DNA from: Microcoleus sp.
Lineage (GTDB): Bacteria; Cyanobacteriota; Cyanobacteriia; Cyanobacteriales; Microcoleaceae
Assembly (NCBI GenBank): GCA_042408215.1
Contig: JAYFMW010000007.1
Coordinates: 1-64,000, forward strand
DNA: 64,000 nt
Direction of reading: 5' to 3'
Part shown: piece after piece, positions 22,309-33,700 of the stretch
How the letters are laid out: every line of letters starts with the position of its first letter
Position numbering within the stretch: position 1 is the stretch's first letter
Program-made: the position numbers and the translations under genes
Notes under the pieces: generated by a model
Seen by the model: the letters and a program-made list of their open reading frames with translations, nothing else
Databases searched by the model: none
What the model was told of the DNA's origin: nothing

Positions 22309-23625
22309 ATGAACCCTGCCCTGACTCAATTTGGCACTCAAATGTCCCACCTCACCGGGGTTCGGGCAATTATGAAAGATATTATTGAAACCCTGAGAGC
22401 CGGTAGCGGGCAGGAGTTTATTAATTTGAGCGCCGGAAATCCGGTGATTTTGCCGGAAGTCGAGCAGTTGTGGCGCGACAGCACTGCGGAACTTTTGGCG
22501 AGTGCGGAATACGGCGAGGTGGTTTGTCGCTACGGTTCGAGTCAAGGCTATCAGCCGTTTATCAATGCGGTGCTGGCGGATTTTAACCGACGCTACGGAC
22601 TGAATTTGACCGATCGCAATATTCTAATTACTCCCGGTAGTCAATCGATCTACTTCTACGCAGCCAATGCTTTCGGTGGCTACACCGCACCCCCCCCATC
22701 CCCCCCTTACCAAGGGGGGGCGAGGGGGGGTAGCCTTAAACATATTGTTTTACCCCTCAGCCCGGATTACACCGGTTATGGCGGTGTCAGCTTGATTCCC
22801 GAAGCTGTAATTGCTTGTAAGCCAACTCTCGATATTGACGAAGCTGCTCACAGGTTCAAATACCGCCCGGATTTCAGTCAATTGTCGATCGATGAAACCA
22901 CTGGTTGCATAATATTTTCCCGTCCCTGTAACCCCACTGGGAACGTCCTCACCGATGACGAAGTGAAGAAAATTGCAGCTTTGGCGGCTCCTTTCAACGT
23001 GCCGATTTTCATTGATTCTGCCTACGGGCCTCCCTTCCCGGCCTTGAATTTTACCGAGATGACGCCGATTTTTGGCGACAATATTGTCCACTGCATGAGT
23101 TTGTCGAAAGCGGGATTACCGGGTGAGAGAATCGGAATTGCGATCGGCGATCAAAAGATTATTCAAGTTTTAGAGTCTTTTCAGACCAATATGTGCATTC
23201 ACTCGCCTAGATACGGACAGGCGATCGCCACTCGTGCCATTAATTCCGGCGCTCTTGCCGACATTGCCCTCAACGTGATTCGGCCGTATTATCAAAGCAA
23301 ATTTGCTGTAGTTGAAACAACTTTAGAACAAGCAATGCCGAAGGATTTGCCGTGGTTTTTGCACCGTGGCGAAGGGGCAATTTTCGCATGGCTGTGGCTG
23401 AAAGATTTGCCAATGACTGATTGGGAATTTTATCAGGAATTGAAGAAGGTCGGCGTGATTGTCGTGCCGGGAAGTTCTTTCTTTCCTGGTTTGCGCGAAG
23501 ATTGGCGGCACAAGCAGGAGTGTTTGCGAATTAGTTTGACAGCGACTAATCAGGAGCTTGAAACTGCGATGAAACGTTTGGCTCAAATGGTGGAAAAGGT
23601 TTATAAGTCAGCAGTTATTGGTTAG
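22309..23625 (+). CDS. avtA: Valine--pyruvate transaminase (PLP class I/II)
   Basis: LSAGNP, SRPCNPTG, IDSAYG and SLSKAGLPGERIG motifs. Confidence 0.88.
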   Translation: MNPALTQFGTQMSHLTGVRAIMKDIIETLRAGSGQEFINLSAGNPVILPEVEQLWRDSTAELLASAEYGEVVCRYGSSQGYQPFINAVLADFNRRYGLNLTDRNILITPGSQSIYFYAANAFGGYTAPPPSPPYQGGARGGSLKHIVLPLSPDYTGYGGVSLIPEAVIACKPTLDIDEAAHRFKYRPDFSQLSIDETTGCIIFSRPCNPTGNVLTDDEVKKIAALAAPFNVPIFIDSAYGPPFPALNFTEMTPIFGDNIVHCMSLSKAGLPGERIGIAIGDQKIIQVLESFQTNMCIHSPRYGQAIATRAINSGALADIALNVIRPYYQSKFAVVETTLEQAMPKDLPWFLHRGEGAIFAWLWLKDLPMTDWEFYQELKKVGVIVVPGSSFFPGLREDWRHKQECLRISLTATNQELETAMKRLAQMVEKVYKSAVIG

Positions 23626-23795
23626 TTGTTATTGGTTAGTTGTTATTGGTTAGTTGTTAGTTGTTATTGGTTATTGGTGAGTTGTTAGTTGTTAGTTGCT
23701 ACCAATTCCCAATTCCCAATTCCCAATTCCCAATTCCCAATTCCCAATTCCCAATTCCCAATTCCCAATTCCCAATTCCCGATTCCCAATTCCCA
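23612..23795. repeat. STRR tracts (GTTATTG/GTTAGTT, then CCCAATT x about 13)
   Basis: Direct inspection. Confidence 0.95.
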
Positions 23796-23868
23796 GTGAC
23801 CGATTACAATGACTTCTTCCTTTGTAGATCGACTACAATTTAAAAAATAATTAGCAGCGCGGTGGGTT

Positions 23869-24433
23869 ATGGCTGTGCAATTACTCAAAAGGTTGTTGAC
23901 TGTAGAAGAATATCACTTAATCAGCAAAGCTGGTATTCTTTCCGAGGGCGATCGGGTAGAATTGATAGAAGGAGAACTTGTACAAAGGGCAGCAATTGGA
24001 ACTCGTCATGCTTCCTGCGTGAGATGATTCATCGGACTGTTCAGCGAAATTCCCAAAAACCGGGCTTTTCTGGATATGCAAAACCCCATTCATTCAGTTG
24101 AGCGATCGCACCGAACCTCAACCTGATGTAGTATTGCTGTAACCCCGCGCTGATTACTATTCAACAGTACATCCAGTACCATCAGAAGTTTTGCTGTTGG
24201 TAGAGGTATCCGATAGCACGGTTGATTACGATCGAGATGTGAAAGTTCTGATTTACGTGCGATCGCTCATTCAAGAAGTCTGGCTCGTAGATCTAGAGGC
24301 ACAATGTTTAGAAGTTTACCGCCAGCCAACTCCTAATGGTTACAGTTTAATCCAAAAGTTTTGGCGGCGTCAACAAGTTTCGCCGTTCGCATTTCCTGAG
24401 TTGGAAGTGAAGAGCGATTTTGTACTTGGATAG
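23869..24433 (+). pseudogene. Uma2 family endonuclease pseudogene
   Basis: [26 protein letters not shown], then TGA; PQPDV followed by TAA; LLVEVSDST..EVWLVD in 3' part. Confidence 0.85.
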
Positions 24434-24469
24434 ATGGGGATTTGATATTATTCCCTAAATGGCGATCCC

Positions 24470-24632
24470 CCTTTTTTACTTAAGGGCGATCGGACTTTTC
24501 CTTCCTTCCCTAAATCCGCCGGAAATTGACCGATATTATCCAATTCGCAATCACTCCAATCATAACACCTAACTCCTCCCCTGTCAAGAGGTTTTTGAGA
24601 ATTGTTCCATGATTATTTGGAGTGATTGCTAA
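24470..24632 (-). pseudogene. Remnant 3' end of an RTX/DUF4347 paralogue
   Basis: Degenerate match to 7530-7690, including the shared stretch CCCCTGTCAAGAGGTTTTT. Confidence 0.75.
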
Positions 24633-24673
24633 CAGTCCAAACAGGGAGGATTTCGCCTCCCTGTGATGACTTA

Positions 24674-24815
24674 TACCAATTTAATGTAAAGTTGCACATA
24701 TTCCGATCCCCCTAAATCCCCTTAAGAAGGGGGACTTTGATTGGACTCTTGTCCCCCCCTTCTTAAGGGGGGTTAGGGGGGATCGAATTCTATGCAGCTT
24801 CATAAAAAATTGGTA
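24674..24815. mobile_element. MITE-like element with TACCAATT terminal inverted repeats around a GC-rich palindrome
   Basis: TACCAATTTAATGTAAAGTTGCACA...TATGCAGCTTCATAAAAAATTGGTA. Confidence 0.7.
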
Positions 24816-24839
24816 TTAGCAGTATCTTCCCCAGCAATC

Positions 24840-27800
24840 TTACAAGAAAGAGCCACTATTAAGAGCAGTTTGATTCACATTATAAACCACTCCCAAGTAG
24901 TTATTTCCCGATTTAATCGCCGTTGAAGCTACAGCAGTTGCACCATCTAAGATGATATTAACAGACTCAAAGGTTAGTTGACTGAAATTGACACCAATCA
25001 ACTTGATTTTATCATCGGAAGTGAAGTCAGCGATCGCATCAGCTTGAGATGGGTTAGTAGCGGTATATTGTAATACAAAGGTATCATTACCCGCACCACC
25101 GGTGAGCACATCGAAACCTCGATCGCCCCACAATTCATCATCCCCATTCCCACCAATCAAAACATCATTTTCCTTACCCCCGCGTAAGAGATCGTTACCC
25201 CCGCCACCAGTGACAGTATCATTGTCATTATTTGCACTCAAGAAGTCATTCCCATTACCACCAGACAATTGATCCGATTTTTTCCCCCCAAACAATTGAT
25301 CGTTACCATCACCGCCATCAATCGTATCAGCACCTTCGTTACCAGAGATGGTGTCATTATCGGCACTTCCCGTCAACTTATCATTACCTGATAACCCGAA
25401 TATAGGTTTACCAAAGGCTGATTGTGGGATACTGGTATCATCTCCATCACTCAGTAGATATTGGTTATCTACCACTTGATTTTGTGGGAAATTAGTTGGT
25501 TCACCGCGATCGATTTTATTGACGGGTGGTGTGTCAATTACGATCGCCGTGGGTGTCGGTGTGGGTGTTGGTGTTGTCGGTGTTTCTGTGGGAACAGGTG
25601 TTACCGATGGTGTGGGAGTTGGTGTCACCGTTGGTGTCGGTGTTACCAATGGAATTGGTATTGGCGTTGGTGTCGGAACCGGAACCGCAACATTAACGTT
25701 AAAAGTCCCTAAACTGGTAGCAGCATTAAAATTGCCAAGTGCATCTTTAACCTGACTTCCTTGTAACTTGACAGTGTAAGTTCCATTGTCAGTATCATCC
25801 CAACTTCCACCAGGAGGAATAAACGAATAAGTTGCTGTACGCGGCGTACCATTACTATTAGTATCGACACTGACAAATTTTGCAGGAATATCACCGCCAG
25901 ACCAATTTATCAAAACATCAGAACTATCCAAACTTGAAACATCAACAGCATTACTATCGCTGAAAGTCACAGTCAAAGTTTGACTGGTTCCTCCTGCTGT
26001 AGTAATGTTAGAAATTGCACCAAAGTTAGCAGTTGGGGCGGTAATATTAGCAGTGCGAGAAAGTTGAGTTGCTGCGGTATTATTATTACCCGCAGTATCT
26101 GTAGCTTTAGCCGCCGGAATATCAACTGTGACATTTCCATCCGCAGTGGGAGTCACATCAAAGATGTAAGTTTTTGCATTTACTTTAACAAAGTTACTCG
26201 CCGTTGCATTGGCTACGGTAATATCAGTATTATCAAAGCCGATGACATCTTCACTGAAGGTAGCAGTGACGCTAAATAAACCGTTAACTGTTGGTGTGGA
26301 AGTGGATGTTAAAGTAACAGTTGGTGCGGTAACATCAACAATTGGTGTGGTAATATTAGCAGTGCGAGAAAGTTGAGTTGCTGCGGTATTATTATTACCC
26401 GCAGTATCTGTAGCTTTAGCCGCCGGAAGATCAACTGTGACATTTCCATCCGCAGTGGGAGTCACATCAAAGATGTAAGTTTTTGCATTTACTTTAACAA
26501 AGTTACTCGCCGTTGCATTGGCTACGGTAATATCAGTATTATCAAAGCCGATGACATCTTCACTGAAGGTAGCAGTGACGCTAAATAAACCGTTAACTGT
26601 TGGTGTGGAAGTGGATGTTAAAGTAACAGTTGGTGCGGTAACATCAACAATTGGTGTGGTAATATTAGCAGTGCGAGAAAGTTGAGTTGCTGCGGTATTA
26701 TTATTACCCGCAGTATCCGTAGCTTTAGCCGCCGGAAGATCAACTGTGACATTACCATCCGCAGTGGGAGTGACATCAAAGGTGTAAGTTTTCGCATCAA
26801 CTGTGGCAAAGTTACCAACAGTTGCATTGGCTACGGTGATATCAGTAGTATCAAATCCCGTGACATTTTCATTGAAGGTAGCAGTGACGCTAAATAAACC
26901 GTTAACTGTTGGTGTGGAAGTGGATGTTAAAGTAACAGTTGGTGCGGTAACATCAACAATTGGTGTGGTAATATTAGCAGTGCGAGAAAGTTGAGTTGCT
27001 GCGGTATTATTATTACCCGCAATATCAGTTGCTTTAGCCGCCGGAATATCAACTGTGACATTACCATTCGCAGCGGGAGTGACATCAAAGGTGTAAGTTT
27101 TCGCATCAACTGTGGCAAAGTTACCAACAGTTGCATTGGCTACGGTGATATCAGTAGTATCAAATCCCGTGACATTTTCATTGAAGGTAGCAGTGACGCT
27201 AAATGGTGCGTTAATTGTGGTGGCTGATGCGGAGGTTAAAGTAACAGTTGGTGCGGTGAAATCAGCAGTGCGAGTTAATTGAGTAGCTGCGGTATTATTA
27301 TTACCCGCAATATCAGTTGCTTTAGCCGCCGGAAGATCAACTGTGACATTACCATTCGCAGCGGGAGTGACATCAAAGGTGTAAGTTTTCGCATCAACTG
27401 TGGCAAAGTTACCAACAGTTGCATTGGCTACGGTGATATCAGTAGTATCAAATCCCGTGACATTTTCATTGAAGGTAGCAGTGACGCTAAATGGTGCGTT
27501 AATTGTGGTGGCTGATGCGGAGGTTAAAGTAACAGTTGGTGCGGTGAAATCAGCAGTGCGAGTTAATTGAGTTGCTGCGGTATTATTATTACCCGCAATA
27601 TCAGTTGCTTTAGCCGCCGGAAGATCAACTGTGACATTACCATTCGCAGCGGGAGTGACATCAAAGGTGTAAGTTTTCGCATCAACTGTGGCAAAGTTAC
27701 CAACAGTTGCATTGGCTACGGTGATGTCGCTAGTATCAAACCCTGTGACATTTTCATTGAAGGTAGCAGTGACGCTAAATGGTGCGTTAATTGTGGTGGC

Positions 27801-29897
27801 TGATGGGGAGGTTAAAGTAACTGTTGGTGCAACAGTATCAATAACTATGGCTTTACTACCACCGAGAGAGTTAGCTGTAGCTAAGGTAGGAAGAGTTAAG
27901 TCGGCATTCGTAGCCAAATTATCTTGAATTTTGCCACCGTTGAGAGTAAGGGCACTTGTGGAGAGATATTCTAAGTCGGTAGAAGAATCCCCGGCTTGCA
28001 CTACATAGTTGAAAGTGAGTACAGTACCGCCACTACCACTGGTATATGTGGCAAAACGGTCAGTTGTACCTGTTTCTAATTGCAGTTGCGGCGTGCCAGT
28101 GACAGTCACAGCAGCATCGAAGGTGACGGTGATGGCGATAGTAGAACCTACACCGTAACTGTTGTTAGTGTTGGTAGCAGTTACCGCAGTCACTTTGGCG
28201 GTGGTGTTGAGCAGGATGGAGGCGGTGTCGCTGACCCGGTTCGCCACAGCTAAGTCCGGTTTGCCGTCGCCGTTGAGGTCGCCGATGCTGACGTAGCGGG
28301 GGCCACTGCCAGTGGTGAAATCAACTTTAGGGTTGAAAGTGGGGGCGGTGGCGTTGGTGGCGGTGGTGTTGATCAGGATGGAGGCGTTGCCGCTGCCGTA
28401 GTTCGCCACAGCTAAGTCGGGTTTGCCGTCGCCGTTGATGTCGCCGATGCTGACGGAGCGGGGGCTACTGCCAGTTGTGAAGTCAACTTTGGTGGCAAAG
28501 GTGGGGGTGGTGGCGTTGGTGGCGGTGGTGTTGAGCAGGATGGAGACGTTGTTGCTGCCGGTGTTCACCACAGCTAAGTCCGGTTTGCCGTCCCCGTTGA
28601 TGTCGCCGATGCTGACGGAGGCGGGGCCAGTGCCAGTTGTGAAGTCAACTTTAGTGGCGAAGGTGGGGGTGGTGGCGTTGGTGGCGGTGGTGTTGAGTAG
28701 GATGGAGGCGGTGCTGTCGTTTTTGTTCGCCACAGCTAAGTCGGGTTTGCCGTCGCCGTTGATGTCGCCGATGCTGACGGAGTAGGGCTTAATGCCAGTG
28801 GTGAAGTCAACTTTGGTGGCGAAAGTGGGGGTGGTGGCTCCGGTGGCTGTGGTGTTGAGCAGGATGGAGGCGGTGTTGCCACTGTAGTTAGCCACAGCTA
28901 AGTCCAGTTTGCCGTCGCCGTTGAAGTCGTCAATGCTGACGGAGATGGGTAAACCGCCAGTGGTGAAGTCAGCTTTAGGGTTGAAGCTGGGGGTGGTGGC
29001 GTTGGTGGCGGTGGTGTTGAGTAGGATGGAGGCGCTGGGGCTGCTGTTGAAGTTCGGCACAGCTAAGTCCAGTTTGTTGTCCTTGTTGATGTCGCCGATG
29101 CTGACGAAGTAGGGCCTAGTGCTAGTGGTGAAGTCAACTTTAGGGTTGAAGGTGGGGGTGGTGGCGTTGGTGGCGGTGGTGTTGAGGAAGATGGAGGCAG
29201 TGTCGCTGCCGAGGTTCGCCACAGCTAAGTCCGGTTTGCCGTCGCCGTTGATGTCGCCGATGCTGACGGAGACGGGTTGATCGCCAGTTGTGAAGTCAAC
29301 TTTGGGGGCGAAGCCTAGTATGCCACTGTAGGTTTTGAGGCTGGTTTCGGTGAGGGCAAGTTTAGGCCTTTGGGGGGATGGGGGGATGAGTTGGATGATG
29401 TCCCAGGTGCCGCCTTTTTTCCCATTCCCGGTGGGGTTGGGGTTGGCTGCGATGTTGGCCCCGGTGAGTTGGTAAAGTTGAGTCAAGAATTGGCTACCGG
29501 AGTCCCCCTCGGCTACGTTGCATCCATATAATATGATCCTGGCATCAGGTGTGAGGGCGTTTCGCCATTGTCGCAACTGTTGGCTGTAGTTTTCTATGTT
29601 ACGGCTATTTAGTTCTGTTGTCCCTAGGTACAGGTGGCCGGGGCTACCGTGGGAGATGATGTGTAGGGCTTCGATGCCTGTATGTTGAGCTAGGAGTGTG
29701 GTGATTTGCTCTATGGCGTTAGGCTGGCTTTCGAGGATGTAGGTTTCCGTGCCTGGTTTGATGCCTTGGGCTATATGATTACTATCGGGTACTGTGGGGT
29801 CAACGATCGCAATTGAATTGGGATTTTTGCTTTAGCAAAAATCCCAATTCAAAAAATTTTTTTTGGGGGTGTGGTTAATTTGAGGTAGAGTTTTCAT
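24840..29897 (-). pseudogene. DUF4347 / FG-GAP repeat / Ig-like repeat / PT linker / RTX surface protein with premature TAA at codon 22
   Basis: ATG at 29897 is in frame with ORF 29576-24840; IAIVDPTV..ALHIISHGSPG DUF4347 residues lie upstream of the ORF-track start; GDINGDGKPDLAVAN-type repeats x about 6; TAA at 29834-29832. Confidence 0.85.
29813..29852. repeat. Perfect 19-bp inverted repeat with 2-nt centre, containing the premature TAA
   Basis: TTGAATTGGGATTTTTGCT-TT-AGCAAAAATCCCAATTCAA. Confidence 0.97.
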
Positions 29898-30108
29898 TGG
29901 TTTTTGCTTGGGGTAGATGATCCTGTCTGGCTCTGTAGCCCGATTTTAGTTACGAGGCGGTATTTCTACCTTGGGACAGATGACACGCGAGATTCTTGAC
30001 AGCAATAACTTAGCAATGTTCCTTTCTCCTGTCAGTGATTCAGAACACTCATTTACAAGTCTTTAATATTTCTCTGGGTTATTTTACAGGAATTATAAAA
30101 GTCGCAGC

Positions 30109-30408
30109 GATTTATGGTTGGGTGGGGGCGGGTTTATGAGATTGTGGGTTTTAGGCAATTCTGGTTGGTAAAACCCGCCCCTACGGGATTTGTGATTTAT
30201 GGTTGGGTGGGGGCGGGTTTATGAGATTGTGGGTTTTAGTCAATTCTGGTTGGTAAAACCCGCCCCTACGGGATTTGCGATTTATGGTTGGGTGGGGGCG
30301 GGTTTATGAGATTGTGGGTTTTAGGCAATTCTGGTTGGTAAAACCCGCCCCTACGGGATTTGTGATTTATGGTTGGGTGGGGGCGGGTTTCTGAGATTTT
30401 GGGTTTTA
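30109..30408. repeat. 3.5 x 85-bp tandem REP-like repeat
   Basis: GGGGCGGGTTT...AAACCCGCCCCTAC units start 30109, 30194, 30279, 30364. Confidence 0.92.
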
Positions 30409-30718
30409 TGTGTTTGTGTTATAGTCAAAAATAGCTGATTTATCCAGTTGGCTAGAAACTAATTGCCCTAAGTGAACATAACTGAGGCGATAGTCCAATT
30501 CTTCAAATTTGAGCCATCCTTTTAGTTCGATCTCTGAAAGAGAATATTATGCTCAAAAATTTATCGCGACTGTTCTGGATGTGCTAGAATTGCTAACAGG
30601 TGCTAACACTCAAGAAACAGAATATTTTTTACGCCGAAAAGTAGATTATTTTAATAAAAATTGTACTTGGACAGTTCGGTCATTAGAATGGGATAAATGC
30701 TTGAAAAGGATTAAGAAA

Positions 30719-33700
30719 ATGTCTCAGCAAATTTCTGTGGAAAGCCTCTATGATAGAGCGTGGGCTATGCAAAAACAAGGCGACTGGGAAGCAGCCAGTA
30801 GGGAATATCTACAGGTTATTGCGCTGCAACCTAATTATGCACCTGCTTATTTTCAATTGGGAAATGCTAAGTTAGTTAAGGAAGAATGGGGAGAGGCGAT
30901 CGCGCTTTACCGCCAAGCTTTAAATTGCGAACAGCGCTACTCTCAGTGTTGGTATAATTTAGGCGTATCGCTGGAAAATATAGGGGAAGATGAAGAGGCG
31001 ATCGCGGCTTACCAACAAGCTGTTACCTACAATCCCAATTACGCGATCGCCTTCAATAGTCTAGGAGGCTTGCTCACAAAACAAGAAAAGCTAGAAGCAG
31101 CGAAAATTTGCTATCAAAAAGCTTTAGCAATTCAACCAGACTTGATTCCATCCTTGGGAAACTTAGCCAACATTGAATACCGATGCGATCGATATAGTGA
31201 AGCTGCGGCCAATTATCAAAAAGTCTTGCAGCTAGACTCGAATAATATCAGTGCAATGGCAGCTTTGGTGAAAATTAACCAGGGGATTTGCGAGTGGGAG
31301 AATTTAGCAGCCGAAAGCGAAAAAATGTGGCAAATCGGCATAAGTTTAATAGAACAAAATACTTTAAAAAACTTCTCGGTTTTTGACTTTATCATGTACT
31401 CGCCATTTGGGGCTGACAAACATCTCGCGATTAATCGGTACTTCTCTAAATTTGTTAGTAGTAAAGTCCCTCAAAATTACTTTCCCCCTCACATTCCCCC
31501 CGCTATACCTCCCCTAACCCTGCGAATAGGTTACATAGCTGGAGATTTCTACAGCCACGCTTTAACGCATTTAATCGGTGAATTATTCGCCTTGCACGAT
31601 CGCGCTCAATTTGAAATATTCGTCTACTCTCTCGGCCCAAATGACGGCAGTTTTGAGCGTAAAAAAGTAGAAGCAGACTGCGATAAATTTACCGACTTGC
31701 GAGGAATGGCTACCCCAGCCGCCGCCGAAAAAATATACAATGATGGCATTCACATTCTCATCGACATGGGAGCATATACCCAATATTCTAACCCAGAAAT
31801 CTTAGCCCTGCGCCCCGCTCCCATTTCAATTAACTACCTAACTTATGCAAGTACAATGGGAGCCGAATTTATAGATTATATTATCACAGATAATATTGTC
31901 ACACCTCCCCGCCTCGCCGAGTTTTTTAGTGAAAAATTTATTTGTCTACCCAATAGCTATCAGATTAATAATTATCTGAGAGTTTGTCCCGCAGAAGACG
32001 CGCAAATTAAACAGAAAAATCCCAAAGCTAAATGTGGCTTACCAGAGGATGTATTTGTCTTCGCCTGCTTTAATCACAGTCGCAAAATTGAGCCAGTGAT
32101 GTTTAGCGTGTGGATGGGAATTTTAGAGAAAGTCCCTAATAGTGTACTATGGTTATTAGAGAGCAATCCCGAAGCAACTCGAAACCTGAAATATGAGGCT
32201 AAATTGCGGGGAATTAAGGGCGATCGCCTAATTTTTGCGCCGAGATTACTACAGGAGGAACACCTATCGCGCCACATTTGGATCGACTTATTCCTAGATA
32301 CTTTATATTACAATGCTCACACGACAGGTAGTGATGCTTTGTGGATGGGAATCCCCTTTATTACCGGCCCCGGAGAAACTTTTGCATCGCGGGTGGGAGC
32401 AAGTTTATTAAATGCGGTTAATTTACCGCAGTTAATAGTTAATAATTTAGAAGAGTATGAAAAGTTGGCGGTACATTTAGCAACTCATCCTCAAGAATTG
32501 CAAAAATTGAAAGATGAGCTCAATGAAAATCGCCGCCAATTGCCTCTGTTTAATACACCTCAAACCGTGCGATATTTGGAGTTGGGATATCTTAAAGTTT
32601 GGGAACGATATCAATCGGGTGCGTCGCCGGAAGCGATACAGATCGACAAAGCAGAAGGAATAGGAAAAGAAGCAGAGGGAAGGTTGAAAACAGATTTACA
32701 ACCTGATTTGACAAGCAATTTAGTCAAGAATTTAGGAGACGGGAAAGTGGAAAAAGTAAGGGGTTTAAGGGATAAAAGTACGGAGGAAAATCAGAATGGA
32801 AAAGGGGTTGCTAGTGCGGATTCGCCACAGGATTTGATGGGCGATCGCGATTTGCCATCTTGGTTAACTTCTCAACAAATCAGCCTCGCTTGTACTACCT
32901 ATCAAACTAGCAGGTTAATGTTAATTGGTAGCAATCCCGAAACTAATACTATTTCTGGATATTGGCGAATCTTCGATCGCGCAATGGGGCTTTACTGCAC
33001 GCCAGAACGCCTTTACCTAAGCTCAAAATATCAACTCTGGCAATTAGACAATGTGTTAACTGCGGGAGCGCAACATCAAGGTTACGATCGCCTCTACATA
33101 CCAAGAATCGGCTATACTACAGGAGATATCGACATTCACGATATTGCTGTTGATAAAAATAACCAAATCATTTTTATTAGCACATTGTTTAATTGTATAG
33201 CAACTTTGAGCGATCGCCATAGTTGCAAACCTCTCTGGAAACCGCCCTTTATCTCACAATATATAAACGAAGACCGCTGTCACCTCAACGGTTTAGCAAT
33301 GGTGGAAGGGAAACCCAAATATGTCACCGCCGTGAGTCAGTCGGATGTGGTAGATGGATGGCGCGATCGACGACAAAACGGTGGTGTAGTTATTGATATT
33401 ACATCTAATGATATTATTGTCACAGGATTGTCGATGCCGCACTCACCTCGCTGGTATCAAGATAAGTTGTGGTTGTTAAATTCGGGGAAAGGAGAATTGG
33501 GTTATGTGGATTTAGATACAGGTAAATTTAACCCCATTGCCTTTTGTCCGGGCTATTTACGAGGACTAGCTTTTTGGCAAAATTGGGCAATAGTTGGACT
33601 TTCCAAACCGAGGGGAGATGACAAGACTTTTGGAGGTTTAGAATTAGATGAATTACTCGCTAAAAAAGATGCTGATCCTCGCTGTGGTATGATGGTGATT

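Noticed and set aside
23661..23888. ORFs with FPIPNSQ / GNWELGI repeats (similarly 44850-45044)
   Set aside because: Translations of non-coding heptamer STRR tracts.
24023..24033. Uma2 pseudogene TGA lies in a short palindrome, GATGA-T-TCATC
   Set aside because: Arms are only 5 bp, the stop is in the arm rather than the centre, and the gene has other lesions.
1..30000. Diversity-generating retroelement or invertase shufflon acting on the adhesins
   Set aside because: No reverse transcriptase, recombinase or TR/VR pair with adenine-specific differences was seen in the window.
30004..30013. AATAACTTAG shared upstream of all three DUF4347 genes (also 7098 and 18871)
   Set aside because: Two of the copies come from one duplication, and a single AT-rich 10-mer match is plausible by chance.
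30109..30408. Possible CRISPR array or iteron array
   Set aside because: Whole 85-bp units are near-identical REP-like repeats.
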